64,000 nt of DNA. It comes from Pecten maximus (taxonomy: Eukaryota). Each line of letters starts with the position of its first letter. The first letter of the stretch is position 1. The stretch is taken from the NCBI RefSeq assembly GCF_902652985.1, contig NC_047028.1, positions 37,386,001 to 37,450,000 on the forward strand, read 5' to 3'. Made by a program: the position numbers and the translations under genes. Below are positions 23,690-37,124 of the stretch, piece after piece. The notes beneath the pieces are model-generated. The model did not search any database, was not told where the DNA came from, and was given only the letters and a program-made list of their open reading frames with translations.

Positions 23690-24065
23690 GGTAGTTATTG
23701 TTTTACCGCCTACATGACTCCACCTATATTGCTAGGTTTGGTTTTACCAACTATAGTCAGTGTTCTGTCGACTTTCCTTAGTTACTGGTTTACCGCCTAC
23801 ATGACTCCACCTACAATGCTAGGTTTCGTCTCACCGACAATAACTATTGTTCTGTCGGCTTTCGTTAGTTACTAGATTACCACCTACGTGACTCTGCCTA
23901 TTGCTTGGTTTTGTTGTTTGGCCAATGTTCTGTCGGCTTTCGTTAGTTACTAGATTACCGCCTACGTGACTCTGCCTATTGCTTGGTTTTGTTGTTTGGC
24001 CAATGTTCTGTCGGCTTTCATTAGTTACTAGATTACCTCCTACGTGACTCTGCCTATTGCTAGCT
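23690..24065. repeat. About 78-bp degenerate tandem repeat
   Basis: TGTTCTGTCGGCTTTCGTTAGTTACTAGATTACCGCCTACGTGACTC units. Confidence 0.8.
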
Positions 24066-25787
24066 TTCGTTTGCCCTCGTGATCTTTTTGTTCGTTTTGG
24101 CTAATAGAAAGTAAGTGATATATTTAAGACGCAGCAGATAAGGTCGAGTGAGTTAAAAAGTACGTTGCAAATACTTTGTACCAGAGTGCACTGTCGAAAA
24201 AAGTACCCTGTGGCTCACGGGAATACCGTTAAACAGAATTCGGAATTTGGCGTATAAAAGGTCGAGTGGGTGGAATCCTCGGGAGACTCGGAATATCCAG
24301 ATGACTACATACCATACACGATTTTAGTATCATTGTGTTTTATTGTACAACGCAGTAATTACACGATTTGATAATTTTATAAGTAAAAACAAACGGAGAA
24401 GATTTCGAATAAATCGTACAGCGATATATATTCAGTAGCCCTGAGGATGTGGGGCTGTTCTGATCGCCATTTCCCTTAGTCCGTCGGTCGTCTGTCGTCC
24501 GTCCGGAGACAGTTATAACTATTGTTTGAGTACTGGAAGGATGGTTTCTCAAACATTATATGTAGGCTGCTCTTACTCCTTAGCTATGTTTTCTAGTTTT
24601 TTAAGTGATTTGGGAAAATGAACAACAGCCAGCCATCTTGGAATATAACAGTTAAGATTTAATTGTTATCGAAATTTCTCAGATTTTTTTTTTTTTTTTT
24701 ATCTTTCTTATATTTTTTATTAGTGATTAGTCTTCCATTGTTATGAGGATTAACGGAAATACAGAAAAAGTAGAAGCTCGTTTGATATATCTTTGTATTG
24801 TGCAATATCCTCGTCCTCGTTGTATTTCCTGCAATAATACACGAATCATCGTTAATTATTTCTTAATTCTACCATGTTTGTTATGCAACGCCAGTTTTGA
24901 TTGGTTTAAAACCATGTATTATTTCTTAAATATTCCAAATTAATATAAACCGTCTTTTGTAATTTATGATTATTCTGTGTCAAATCTTGACTGTGAATCA
25001 AATCGGATCATATTTTACTTGAAACTGTTAGTGATGAATGTCACCTACAAACATTTCAAAATTATTAATATTAAAATATGGATAACGGTTTTTAAAAAAT
25101 CACTATTGAAATATGCAGAGGCTAGGAGGACGGGTGTATTTTTTCAAGAGGGATATGTCGGTTATTTCCTAATAGTCACAACAGTAAATTGACATGGTAT
25201 CAAACAATAAGTTTGGTGCATGTATCTAATTGTACGTGTTTGTACCTTATATACCACAGGGATTTGGTACAAATTTATACGTCCTTCATTTTATTTCGTT
25301 GTTCTACGTAACATTTTTTCACACACAACAGAAAATTGTGAATCCGAAGGGAAGTAACTCTTTCGATCTAAAACATTTTCATCAGTACTACTGCAGCAGG
25401 CCATTTTTGTCAGGTCTGGTAATCAATCATTAGAAAAAAATGAAAGAAAAATAAATGAAATAAAATGATAAAATGCAGACCGACCACTCTCGTTAAATCT
25501 CAAGTCCAATGCGTCAACAGTTCATAATTTAATTGTGTAAACTTATTATTATTATTTTGTTTTTAATTTTTGCAAGAATTTTTTTTTTTACATAATAATG
25601 TCATTGCACCCACTTTTATCCATACATTATCTAACTCCCATGCACACTTACATGTAATTTTGTTTTCTTTCATCGTCAATCATGATCTTTCATCATCACA
25701 ATTATCAATATGTCAAAAAATTAATCAGATATACACTAGTGTACACTTATATATTGAATATTTTTAAAACAAACACCATTACCCCGT

Positions 25788-28700
25788 GACGTAACGCGCG
25801 ATGTTGGTGACACCGCTTCTAAAGAAGCATACCGCTTTCTAAAAGCGCTGCCGTCTTTTTCGTCGATAGGGTCTTGGTGTGATATCATATATCATTCAAA
25901 ACGTGTTTTAATGTAAATTCTATTTGTGTCAATTATAAGTGGTATATCGAAAGATAAACACGTTTTATATTGCTTAAACAACCTCAAATATGCCCAAATA
26001 ACGCTTGTAACGCGTAACATCTTCGGGCTTAGTCGTTTAAAAAAGAATATTTAAAAACGCGCCAAAGGTGGACACAAACTAAAAAAAATGACGTATGGAA
26101 GTGAAAATGACGTCTTTATGACGTCAGATGATTTCAACAGTGTAGCGAATCTGCAAATGAGATAAAATATACCCAAACCAGCTCCACTCAACATGTAACG
26201 CTGGGCCGAGAAAAAAAACGGTAAAAGTTTAAGGTTTTACTGGGGGAAAATGGTAAGTCATTTTAATTATCTGAATTTATATCTGAAATGTGCTTTTGCT
26301 GAATGTATCAACTTAAGAAAATTTTCTTTTCAAAACAACGTTTTCATTTAGAAGAGGTAAATTTAGAATTTCCGTAAATTGTCCAGCAGCTAATTTTGTG
26401 TCATTTCTTGCATATATAAGGGTTTTGGTGACATTTTATAGTGGATTACCAGATACAAAATTAAGAAATTACATCATATGAAAAATGTGTCTGTACTGAA
26501 TATTACGAAACATCTTTCGTTTTGATAATGCGACTAATAATAAAAAAACGATACCATAGTTATAAATTTCCGTAAAATGTCCACTTAAATATGCCGACGC
26601 ATTAAAAACGTCATGTACGATAGTACGTCACGTTACACATTATTTAGTAGAAATGTACAATTTTTTGTTTTTTAATAATACTAGAAGGATTGGGAAGGGG
26701 AGAGGTGCGTAATCCCGTAAACGATATACATGAAATTTATCTTATTTATAAAGTATCAGGCGTCAACGTTTTAGTGCTCTGGAATGTGTATATCATTATC
26801 ACTGTCAAAACAAAATATGACGCAGACTGACCCCCCCCGCCAGTCCGATTTACATGTATATCAATCCTACATTGTACTTTGTTGCGCTTTTGTCTACGAT
26901 AACGCATGTGTTCTATATTAGGGTCGTAATTGGTAAAATCTGTGAAATAAAAATTATAGAAATATATAATTTTTTAATTACAGGATACTGGGGTACAATT
27001 GCCCTCTCTAACGCCCACGGAACGCATCAAATTATTCAAACAGAAGCGCGAAGAAAGTAGGAAAAGAAAACGCAGAGAATATTATGAAAAAGAGAAAAAT
27101 CGCGTTAAAGTGAATCACAAAAATGTATCAAAGTCAGCACTGATCAAACGAAACCAACGTGCTAAAACCAAAGAACAAGAAGAAAAAAATAAAACGAAAA
27201 AGCTTAAAACTAAAGCACGTGTACAGAAATACAGAGAAAATAAAAAGAAAGCAAGCATAGGCGACAAAAACATGACAGACTCTGTAGAAAAATCTTTCAA
27301 AAATAGAATGAGCAAGTGTAGGTCTTTAATGCGTTTCAAAGAGAATCTACCGAATACTCCAGTGAGAAGAAGTGCGGTAATATCTGCATATTTGGATTCT
27401 AAATCTCCAACTGCAGAATTTCTTCGGAAAGAGAAAAAATGTGTTCCGCCTGAAGATATTGAAAATATCGAACTCGCGAATTGTGTACTCAATGACATGA
27501 AACAGGCTATTCAAAGTACCAAAACCAAACGCTCAGATGATGCCAGATCGTCTATTAATGTAATATGTGCGTCTGTTAACGGTCCTAATTCAGCAGAAAA
27601 GAAAATCCAAAAGAAAATAGCTCGCAAACTAGGTTTACCAGCTAGGCGTATTTCTGGCGGGAAACGTATTCGTCATCGGGTATTGACGTCTGAAAAATCT
27701 TCCTGGACGGAGACCTGTCGGAAAACACGCGCCGATAAAATATCGGACTCGGACAGGAAGAAAGCGTACGATTTCTGGACAGCTTCTCAAAATTCGCCAC
27801 CAACCGGGAATAAGAATGACATCAAACGAGTAAGAATTCGTCCTAAATGTTACTCTAGTCACATGATCCATGTACTCGAGAAAACACAAACGGAAATTTA
27901 TCTTGCTTTTAAAGCAGCGTATCCCAATGTAAAAATGTGTCAGAGAACATTTGAAAGGTGTAAACCTTACTATGTAATTCCAACGCGACAGAAAGATCGG
28001 AACACATGTTGTTGTAGATATCATGTCGAAACGAGAACTGTATTCAAAGACTGCATGGATTTCCGAAGAAATATGATAAAGCACAAATCGGAGGATGAAA
28101 AGGAACAATACCCAATATACGATCACTTGAAGGAAATTGTTCTGACAACATTCTGCAATCAAAGAGATGACAACATTGATTGTATCAACCGAGAATGCAA
28201 AAACTGTGGCGTAAATTTATTGTCATTTCATGCTGAAGAATATGATAAGTCTGACTCTACTCCACAAGTCACGTGGTCGAAATACGAATACGTTAGCATC
28301 AATGTGAAGAAAAACAAAGAAATAAAAAAAACTATGCTTAGTAAAGAAAACTACTGCACCAGGAGAGATGTTCTCGTATCTAAGACATTTATTAGTCTCA
28401 TTTCCGGCCCATCAATTCCGCGCGAATTGGCAAACAACACAAATGAAAACCTTACTTGAAAATTTACCGATAAATGACTGCATTTGTATTCATGATTTTT
28501 CTGAAAACTTTTCATGCATCGAAAAAAATGAGCTTCAATCTAGTTATTTTCAGAAAAATGAAATCTCAATCCACGTTACTGTTATTCATAGACATTCAGT
28601 TCTTGAATATGATGGAATAGACAGTACAGAAGATATGCCGAACATCGTTACAGAACACTTCTTTGTTATAAGTCCGGACTTAAATCACGACCAATACTTC

Positions 28701-29373
28701 ACATATGCTGTCCAACGTCTGGTATCTGAATACCTTAAATCTATAGCTTATCCAACAGAAAAAATGCATGAATTTACAGACGGATGTCAAGCTCAATACA
28801 AAAGCCGTCACTGTATGGGTTCAGTGGCTCATGCATGCGAAGATTTCGGGTACACCACATTAATCAGAAATTATTTTGAAACTTCGCATGGAAAGGGGCC
28901 CCAAGATGCTGCCGGGGGATGTTTCAAGCGGAAGGCGGAAATGGCAGTCATACGAGGAGCAGAGACTATCCAGTCTGCAAAAGACTTGTATAATTTTGGA
29001 AAAACCAAGTGTGAACAACCAAGTGAGACTGCTAATTGTAAGCAAAGACACTTCAGGTAAGTAAGTCTTACAAAAAAGTTTATGCCACAAATATTGTAGC
29101 ATCTATATAGGCTAGCAGGTCCGTTGGAAGGAAATTCATAAATGCCGGGATGGAGTGTTAAGCTATATGTTGATGACAATAATTACATTACATGTGACAA
29201 TTTCATCAACCTAAGGACGCCATAATAATTGGAGGGGTGGGGGGACAGCAGGGTGTGTGTGTGTGTGTGGGTGTGTGTTTGTGTGTGTGTGTGTGTGTGT
29301 GCTTCCGTGTGTGCTTCCAATGGGGCTGAAGGGTAAAAAAAGTGTATGGATGTCAGGCGCGGATCCAGAATTA

Positions 29374-29410
<37 letters not shown>

Positions 29411-30511
29411 CCAACCGTCAGAATTTTTCCAGGGGGGGGGGGGGGGGGGGCGAGCCTAGAATACATCATGGTTTTTGGTTGTTCTTTTTAAAATTTTAAA
29501 ATTCCAGTTGGGCGGTCCGGACTCAAGTTTTATCCATGTCTTAATAAGGACGGATTCAGTAGTCATACATTAGATTTTGAAATAAAACCAAACTTTACAT
29601 CGTAAACTATTCATAAACAATGTAAAATATGTTACATTATACTTTTGGGCTTTCATGGAATTTTAACTGTTTTTCAGGTATATCGAGGCGGTTTCGCGTG
29701 AAACAAAGATACGGTTTAAACCAATCCCCCAAAACAGGAAAATACACCAAATAATAACCACCGGGAATCCCTCACTTCTGTTCATCCGTAATCTCTCGTG
29801 CTATGCTTGCGATGAATGTATCGAGGGAAACTATGGATCTTGTGTTAATCAACACGTCGGGAAAACAACGACAGCAAACATCAGCCGGGAAAATGACAAC
29901 GACGCAGAAGTCGATGTAGATGTTACGGAGGAAGAACCACACAGATTACTTGATTTATGTCAGCCCGGTAGCATACTCGCTGTATACACAGACGACCCTA
30001 ATGAAGACTTTTATTTATTCAGAGCTGAAAGTCCGCCCGAAAAGCTGAAAAGGAAGACAAAAGACAGTTGGGGGGCGACATTTGAAAAAGGACATGAAAT
30101 CATACAGGGAGTTTATTTTGAGGCCACGAATGTCGATTTTCGCTACCGTCTTTTAAATGACAGACATGCCGTGGTGCCATCATGTTCTGTGAGACACATT
30201 TTGAGGAATGCGAGTATGACCAATAAAACTCTTGTCATCAGTAAAACCGACAACGAGGAAATATTGGCATCAATGTCTGAAGTTTTTCGAAATTAATGAA
30301 ATTTGAAAGTCGCGAATTTGACATTACATAAACTGAATATAATGTATATTTGATTATTTGTGTGATTGAAGTATGTTTAAATTATATTTAGAATAAGGAA
30401 AATTGTTTGATGAAGAGTCACTTCATATTAAGACACCGCGTCAAGAAAGCGACGTCACAAAAACGGCGTAAATATGTTACGCATATGGTCACCAACATCG
30501 CGCGTTACGTC
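25788..30511 (+). mobile_element. Sola2-like DNA transposon with spliced DDD transposase
   Basis: Perfect 24-bp inverted repeats GACGTAACGCGCGATGTTGGTGAC (25788-25811 and 30488-30511) flank the transposase. The motifs DFSENF, FTDGCQAQYKS and SHGKGPQDAAGGCFKR match my recollection of Sola2 transposases. The exact termini are uncertain. Confidence 0.75.
26250..30296 (+). pseudogene. Transposase gene (about 897 aa) with one +1 frameshift
   Basis: ATG|GTAAGT at 26250-26252, exon 26984-29056 (track ORFs 26999..28459 and 28368..29060, joined by removing one A from the A8 run at 28324-28331), and exon 29678-30296, open to TAA and carrying SCYACDEC...C. Confidence 0.8.
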
Positions 30512-30623
30512 CGTACTATACATTGGACAACTTGATTGTGTAAATTCTAATTATCACAAAAATAAACAAAAACTGTAACGCACAGATCAGGTGGCCGACA
30601 CGTTACAGCGTTACACATCTTAA

Positions 30624-30983
30624 AGGGACATTCCTTCGTTTGAATAAAGTTTATGTCGTCAATATTTAACTCAATGGAAAATATGTATTTTTTCCAAGCA
30701 GTAAAAGTTATAATCTTTACATAAATAAGGCAGTTTTACTATCAATTAAGATAAACTAATGTTCTTCGAGTATTATGTCTTGAAAATTATTAATTCGACC
30801 CGAAGTATCACTAATTACCCCCAAAGACATACGGTACTTGTATACGATACGTCTTTTTCTTGTACATTTCGGTGTTAATTTAATTACATGTAGACACAAA
30901 CACTCATATAATCATTGTTCGGACATAGATTTCATCAATAGAAATTGAGCACGTTTCTGATATCCGAACGAAGGAATGCCCCT
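30624..30983. mobile_element. Kolobok-like non-autonomous element
   Basis: TTAA|AGGGACATTCCTTCGTTTG...CGAACGAAGGAATGCCCCT|GTAA. Confidence 0.68.
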
Positions 30984-31426
30984 GTAAAGAAAGAATTGAA
31001 ATCTTGAGTTAACAGCGAAAAGTTATTGTCATTATGACATCTGTTATAATTTTCTGGTATTTTTGACGTATTTATTACAAGTTTATAATTTTGAAATCGT
31101 CTAAAGTAGTAAACGTCATATCTGGATACAGAAGCTGATTCTATATTTAGAAACTTGACACATTCTATTTTTAGAATTGGCATGTTCTATATTTATACAT
31201 ACTGACATATTCTATATAAAGGTACTATAAAGAAGTTAAGTAAAAGAGGTAAACAGTATTTGGGTCGGTCAGTATGTAGGCTTTCATATGTAATAAACAA
31301 TATTTAGATTTTTATGCGTAATTAACATATCGATGACTTGTATTTGACATTTTCAAAATGGCCAGTTCGTAGTGTAGTCTATGTACAATTGTACTATGAA
31401 ATTGTAATCAATTCAACTTGTCGTTT

Positions 31427-31632
31427 CCGAGTGGTTAAGGTGTCCCGACACTTTATCACTAGCCCTCCACCTCTGGCTCGCGAGTTCGAAACCAACGTGG
31501 GACAGTTGCCAGGTACTGACTGTAGGCCGGTGTTTTTTCTCCGGGTACTCCGACATTCTTCCACCTCTAAACCTGGCACATCCTTAAATGACTCTGGCTG
31601 TAAATAGGACGTTAAACAAAATAAACTAAACC
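31427..31632 (+). mobile_element. SINE family A copy (5'-clipped)
   Basis: Matches family A from CCGAGTGGTTAAGG onward. Confidence 0.85.
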
Positions 31633-33699
31633 TTTTCGGCTACACTACACACACATAAATGAATGAATGAATGAATGAATGAATGAATGAATGAATGAAT
31701 AAATTAATTAATAATTAAATAAACAAAAAAGTTGGAAGCGTTCTTGATATATAATTCTATAATATGAGATTTCAGGGAGAGATATTTGACTAGTATCATG
31801 GGTTACGTCCCCTTAACGCTTATCGAGCGGTGCTATCGTCCTATAAGTTTAATATGCATTTAACAGATATCAAATTCCTTCATTCCATGAATGTCATAAT
31901 ATCAAATTAGCTACTTTGTACTACCATTTAAATACCTTGATCTTAATTACGTACCTACAGCTATTCATCAGTATATCATCGATTAAACCATGTTTACTCT
32001 TATGTCAAAAATAGAATTGCAAAAGATGCAAATTATTTCATATGTAAACACAAGGTATTCCGATACATATAGTTACTACACTTAGCTTTATTCATTTAAA
32101 TGCATCAGAACTCATATTTTACTTACGTACATACCCTGAGGTATAGTGTGGCTTCATGAAAGTTATGTGCATTCTCAATAGAATTGTAATAAAAAGTCAC
32201 CTTATATGTCATATGCCGATAAAGATCACATTTCCTCGAGACATACATTGAATATTTTCTTTTTAAATATTTTCCTGGTCATCGATTCTCTGCTTAATTT
32301 TAGGCTAAAGATGAATATCAGTGGGTGTCAGCCTCCCCCAGATGTGTTCAAATCCCAGCTCAAATAGCTTTTGTTTAGATAAACCAGCCGATATTACTTT
32401 TGGCGTACTTTCTCTTTTTCCTATACATAATGTAATGTGCCTACGTTAAGATAGAATTACCAGATTTCAATGATTTAAACAAATATTGTAACATTCTAAA
32501 CAATTGTGTATTTGCTAGAGGTTCAAAATGGCGTCCAGGTTGGGTGTATATATATATACCACTACGTCTCAAGCATTTTTTCTACCTCGACAGCTTTATG
32601 AGTACCTCATACTTCACACGCGTCGAAAATACCTGCGTATGTATAAAAAAATATGTGACATGTTTATGATATTTTAACTCCTATCATTGCATTTAGAGCG
32701 AAGAGCAAAGAGATTTATTTTCGTCCCTGTTCAATTATATGTTTATACATAATATATAGGTTTATTACTGAATCGAAAGGGTTGTCAAAAACAATAATTG
32801 GCACAGTTCGATCACGATTCTTTCAGTACGTAACTTAAAATTTCAAAACATTACAGAATTTAAATGCAGTTCCTGTACTGAGATTTACCATTAATTCTAA
32901 TTAATAAATGGTTTCTACATTTCTTACCGAAGATTTTTAAAGGAAATTTCATTAGTTTAGTAACTTTGATCAACCGGGGTTTTCTCCAATAAATGTTCAG
33001 ATTACATGTTCATCAATCCTGCCTCCATTTCGGAAAACAGCAAATGTATATTTTTTTCTGAAGTAACTGTCAGTTTCAATTTAACCTAATAAGCATTTAA
33101 ATTATTCCAGAGACTTTGCAAACCCTCTAGTACTAATTCGAAAAACAGAACAAGAAATAAATTCACTTCTTCGAAACCGTTACAAGTAGAAAAGGGTAAA
33201 AGTAATAAAATGTCCCCCTGCATCAATCTAAGCTGACCTGAGAATTATTTTGAACATTTCTCGTTTACCAAAACGCGAGTTTTTACTGAAGAATAACCGC
33301 TAAAAAAATCCGGGACACCTATTTTAGACAGTAATAGCATTGTACAAAAGATTGATTCTATAGATGAATTACAAAATCAAAGGCTTCACGGATATCTACG
33401 AAACAATAGTTACGATTTTTTTTCTTAGATAACTTTTTGACATTATGTAAGTTGCATCGGTTACATTTACATCTTGTTTTTCAATAGGTACAAGTATATA
33501 TGACATAATTATTCTATTACACGTCTCTGGTTATAATAGATAAATAAAAACATAATAACTAAATAAGAAAAATAAATAAATTGTAAATATAACGTAATAA
33601 ACCATCTATGTGATATTCAAAGATTTCAGTAGACATTACTCATAGTCGGTGTGGCACATCATCATGCCGATTTATATCCTAGCATTTTATCTGAGCACA

Positions 33700-33929
33700 T
33701 CAGCAGCCGCAACACCGGAAGTTACTTTGGGATCCGCAGAAGCCGGCAGAGCAAATAGATCAATTTGATTGGTCGCTAAAAATAGTTAGCATTGATGAAA
33801 TAAAATGGCAGCTGGGAGGTTTGGCTTCTGACACAGTGGATTCCGTATGAAAATCTACCATGTGCTCTACTGTGATGCTTTAATATGAATCTGAAACTGT
33901 CCAATAGCCATTGTTTTTATCAGGTAAGT
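33700..33929 (+). promoter_or_regulatory. Probable promoter and non-coding first exon, likely of the Mtl-like gene
   Basis: ETS-type CCGGAAGT (about 33715), ATTGG (inverted CCAAT, about 33768), AAAATGGC (YY1-like, about 33802) and a perfect CAG|GTAAGT donor at 33923. The link to Mtl is inferred. Confidence 0.45.
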
Positions 33930-34621
33930 GAAAATTGGTTTTGTGTGTGGTTGCTTAAAAGTGTAACCATCCCGAAGGCCCCAACAGAAAGGCGATGGTA
34001 TGGTGAGACTTGGCTGACTCGTGAAGTGCGAGTCATCATTTCGGAATGGTGTTCAGATTCTACAGATTTGACATTAGTTTCAAGTGTAAATATCATACAT
34101 TAATTTGACTTAATTTATGACTTATTTCTCTATATTTTTTACAAAATATGGCGTATCCGTTTATGTCCCGGCCCTTCGTTTCGAGTCGGCTCTCCACACA
34201 AAGAAACATTTGTTAGGCCAAACCGGACTGTCTTCGTGTAAAAGACCGGTGTCACATATCATGGACAAGTTTACTACCATTTAATGTCGACATGAGCTTG
34301 TGTTTACAATATTATATTATTTGTATTGTGATTAGGATGTTTAAATCCACAAACGTCACACGAGACAATACGTGCCTTTGACACATGTGTACACACAAGT
34401 GTTGTGTACGAGGTAACACCGTAAGCGTGACTCATGTGGTATTTCTTCACCTTGACCATCGTCTCGGTTTCTCTCACGTTGATTAATGAACCTGAAACTC
34501 GACCCCTGGTCTGGTGCTGATTGCGTGTACTTTATCGGTATGATTGCTGTCCAAACCATGATGCATGCTATACTAGTAAATAATCCCCGAGTACTGTGTG
34601 ACGACTTCACCATATCAACTC

Positions 34622-34996
34622 GAGTGTTAATTACAACAGACAGCAAGCATATATCAAACAAATCACATCGAGCAGTACCTACAAATAACAAACATTTCAG
34701 ATAACAAATAATCAATGTCACATCCATGTTTCTCCAAGAGGCCTGTAGGTTATATTCCAATTGCAGAATTATAAATTATGGACTTTTCTTGATTTATTTT
34801 TTACTAATTTCTATAGTGTTAATTACAACAGACAGCAAGCGTATATCAAACAAATCACATCCAAGCAGTACAAATAACAAACATTTCAGATAACAAATAA
34901 TCAGTGTCACATCCATGTTTTTCTCCAATAAGCGTGCAGGTTGAATTCCAATTGCAGAATTATAAATTATGAACTTTTCTGACTAATTTCTAACTG
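34622..34996. repeat. About 190-bp tandem duplication
   Basis: AGTGTTAATTACAACAGACAGCAAGC... occurs at about 34623 and 34815. Confidence 0.85.
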
Positions 34997-35916
34997 CTAT
35001 TTGCCCAGATGGTAGCTTATGTACTGGAGGGTTTTAATTGCGGGAGGTAACCAATGTACCAATGGTATAGAGAAAACCCATAGAGTTGGGTGCTGGGTAT
35101 ACGTAGCTAGGTGACCCCATACCTTTAAAATCAATGCAGTCGCATAGGACAGGTGAAAGTTGTATTCGTCTGCACCGCCAACTGACAGCCCTATGTAAAT
35201 TGAAAATTGTCTAAAATACCAAAATGCATTGCGCATGCTTAAGTAGAATTTAATTCACAGTTATCAATTGATGCTTATAGCTCTATACTTGGAGTTTACA
35301 TTAAAATAATAATTAGAGCTATATGCATGTACAACCATGATCAGTACATGTACATGTTGACTTGTATACCTATTGATGTTCACAAAATGTTAGAAAGATA
35401 AAAACAGTTGTTAATTTTCTTTTCTTTCTGATACCCGTACCTCTATCACAGTAAAACAACAATATAATCATTCACAACATATAAACTGATAAATCTAAAA
35501 GAATACTACAAATCTGGGTAAGTTAAAAAGGCGCTATTCTGATAAAGGACTTTGGAAGCAGATAAATTATGGCGCATATCCATGCACCTTCTCACCTCCC
35601 TCTTCAATTTCCCTCTTCTGTCCATCACACCTCACTTCCCTCTTCAATATCCCTCATCTGTCTATCACACCTCACTTCCCTCTTCAGTTTCCCTCATCTG
35701 ACCATCACACCTTGTCATCTTCCTTGTCTCTCCCTCAAACCCTCTGTCTTCCATCTTTTCTTTCTCTCTTCTGTCCCTTACGTGCACGGTATTAATATAA
35801 ATCTCCCTCCATCATTCTCAGTAATAATCACATTTGTCCCCATCCTACTTTCAATGCCACTTTTCAGTCTCTTCTGGTCCCTTTAGTGTTGACCCCTTCC
35901 TACTGTCAAACAGTCC

Positions 35917-36261
35917 CACATTAGCACTTCCTACATACATATAGATATTATCAGCCCCTACATTAGCACTTCCTACACATTAGCAGTCCGTCTGTCATCA
36001 GCTATATTAGCACTTCCTACATTAGCAGTCCGTCTGTCATCAGCTATATTAGCACTTCCTACATTAGCAGTCCGTCTGTCATCAACTACATTAGCACTTC
36101 CTACATTAGCAGTCTGCATGTCATCAACTACATTAGCACTTCCTACATTAGCTATATTAGCACTTCCTACATTAGCAGTCCGTATGTCATCAACTACATT
36201 AGCACTTCCTACATTAGCAGTCTGCATGTCATCAACTACATTAGCACTTCCTACATTAGCA
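35917..36261. repeat. ACATTAGCACTTCCT-based tandem repeat, continuing after the insertion at 36873
   Basis: Reiterated ACATTAGCACTTCCTACATTAGCAGTCCGTCTGTCATCA. Confidence 0.88.
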
Positions 36262-36872
36262 CAGCATGCCCCATTAATTTTTCTTATCAGGGGTAAAGTG
36301 TACCCCTCTACAGAAAATTTCAGGGGTACAGGCTGAACTCAACGGGTACAGGCAAAAATGCATAAATAAATAGTTGAAATGTTCCGTAAGCGCCATGTCT
36401 GCTTAAAGCTATTTAGTTTCGTTTGATTGATGATGATGACTTCGGTTGAAAAAAATCGTTTAAAGATCGATGTTTTGATGTAGCCATGTTAACTTTAGCG
36501 TAAACGGGAATGATGTCACGCTGTACGATCGTAACAGATGATTGCGACCTAGATGAGATGCAGCGTAACATTATTTAGGTTAGGAAATAACCGAGATATG
36601 TGGGTCGCCATATATATATCAGCCAATCGAAATGCAGGATTCGCCGGAACCGGAAGCAATTGTGGCTGATAAAACATTGCGAGAATGAACGAAAACAATT
36701 CATAATGTGTTGTACTGTATCTTATCGTACTTTCTTCTGTCGACTGTTTATAATTTTAGTTTTTATACCCGATATTACGTGCGTGCAGTGTACCCCTGTT
36801 ATCAAAACTTTGTACGTGCATACTAATATTGATGCATGAATCACGTACAGTTGTACGTGATGGGGCATGCTG
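36262..36872. mobile_element. Non-autonomous DNA element, 6-bp TSD, inserted in a tandem repeat
   Basis: TIR CAGCATGCCCCA/TGGGGCATGCTG; TSD TTAGCA. Confidence 0.78.
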
Positions 36873-37124
36873 TTAGCAGTCCGCATGTCATCAACTACAT
36901 TATATTAGCAGTCCCTATATATGTTATCTGCCAATAGCAGTCACTGTAATCAGCCGCTACATTAGCAGCCCCTTCATATATATATATGTTAGCAGACTTT
37001 TATCAGCAGTCCCCTCATACATTGTATGTGCATTAGCAGTTCCTTGTTAATAACCCCTCCATGTCATTTGTCAGTAGCCCCTATATGTTATCAGATCCTA
37101 AACCTCTTGTGTTGGAAAACCCAT

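Noticed and set aside
24430-24750. Possible Helentron/HINE-like remnant (GTCC/GTC microsatellite after a TAGC start)
   Set aside because: Too degraded, with no second copy in the window to support boundaries.
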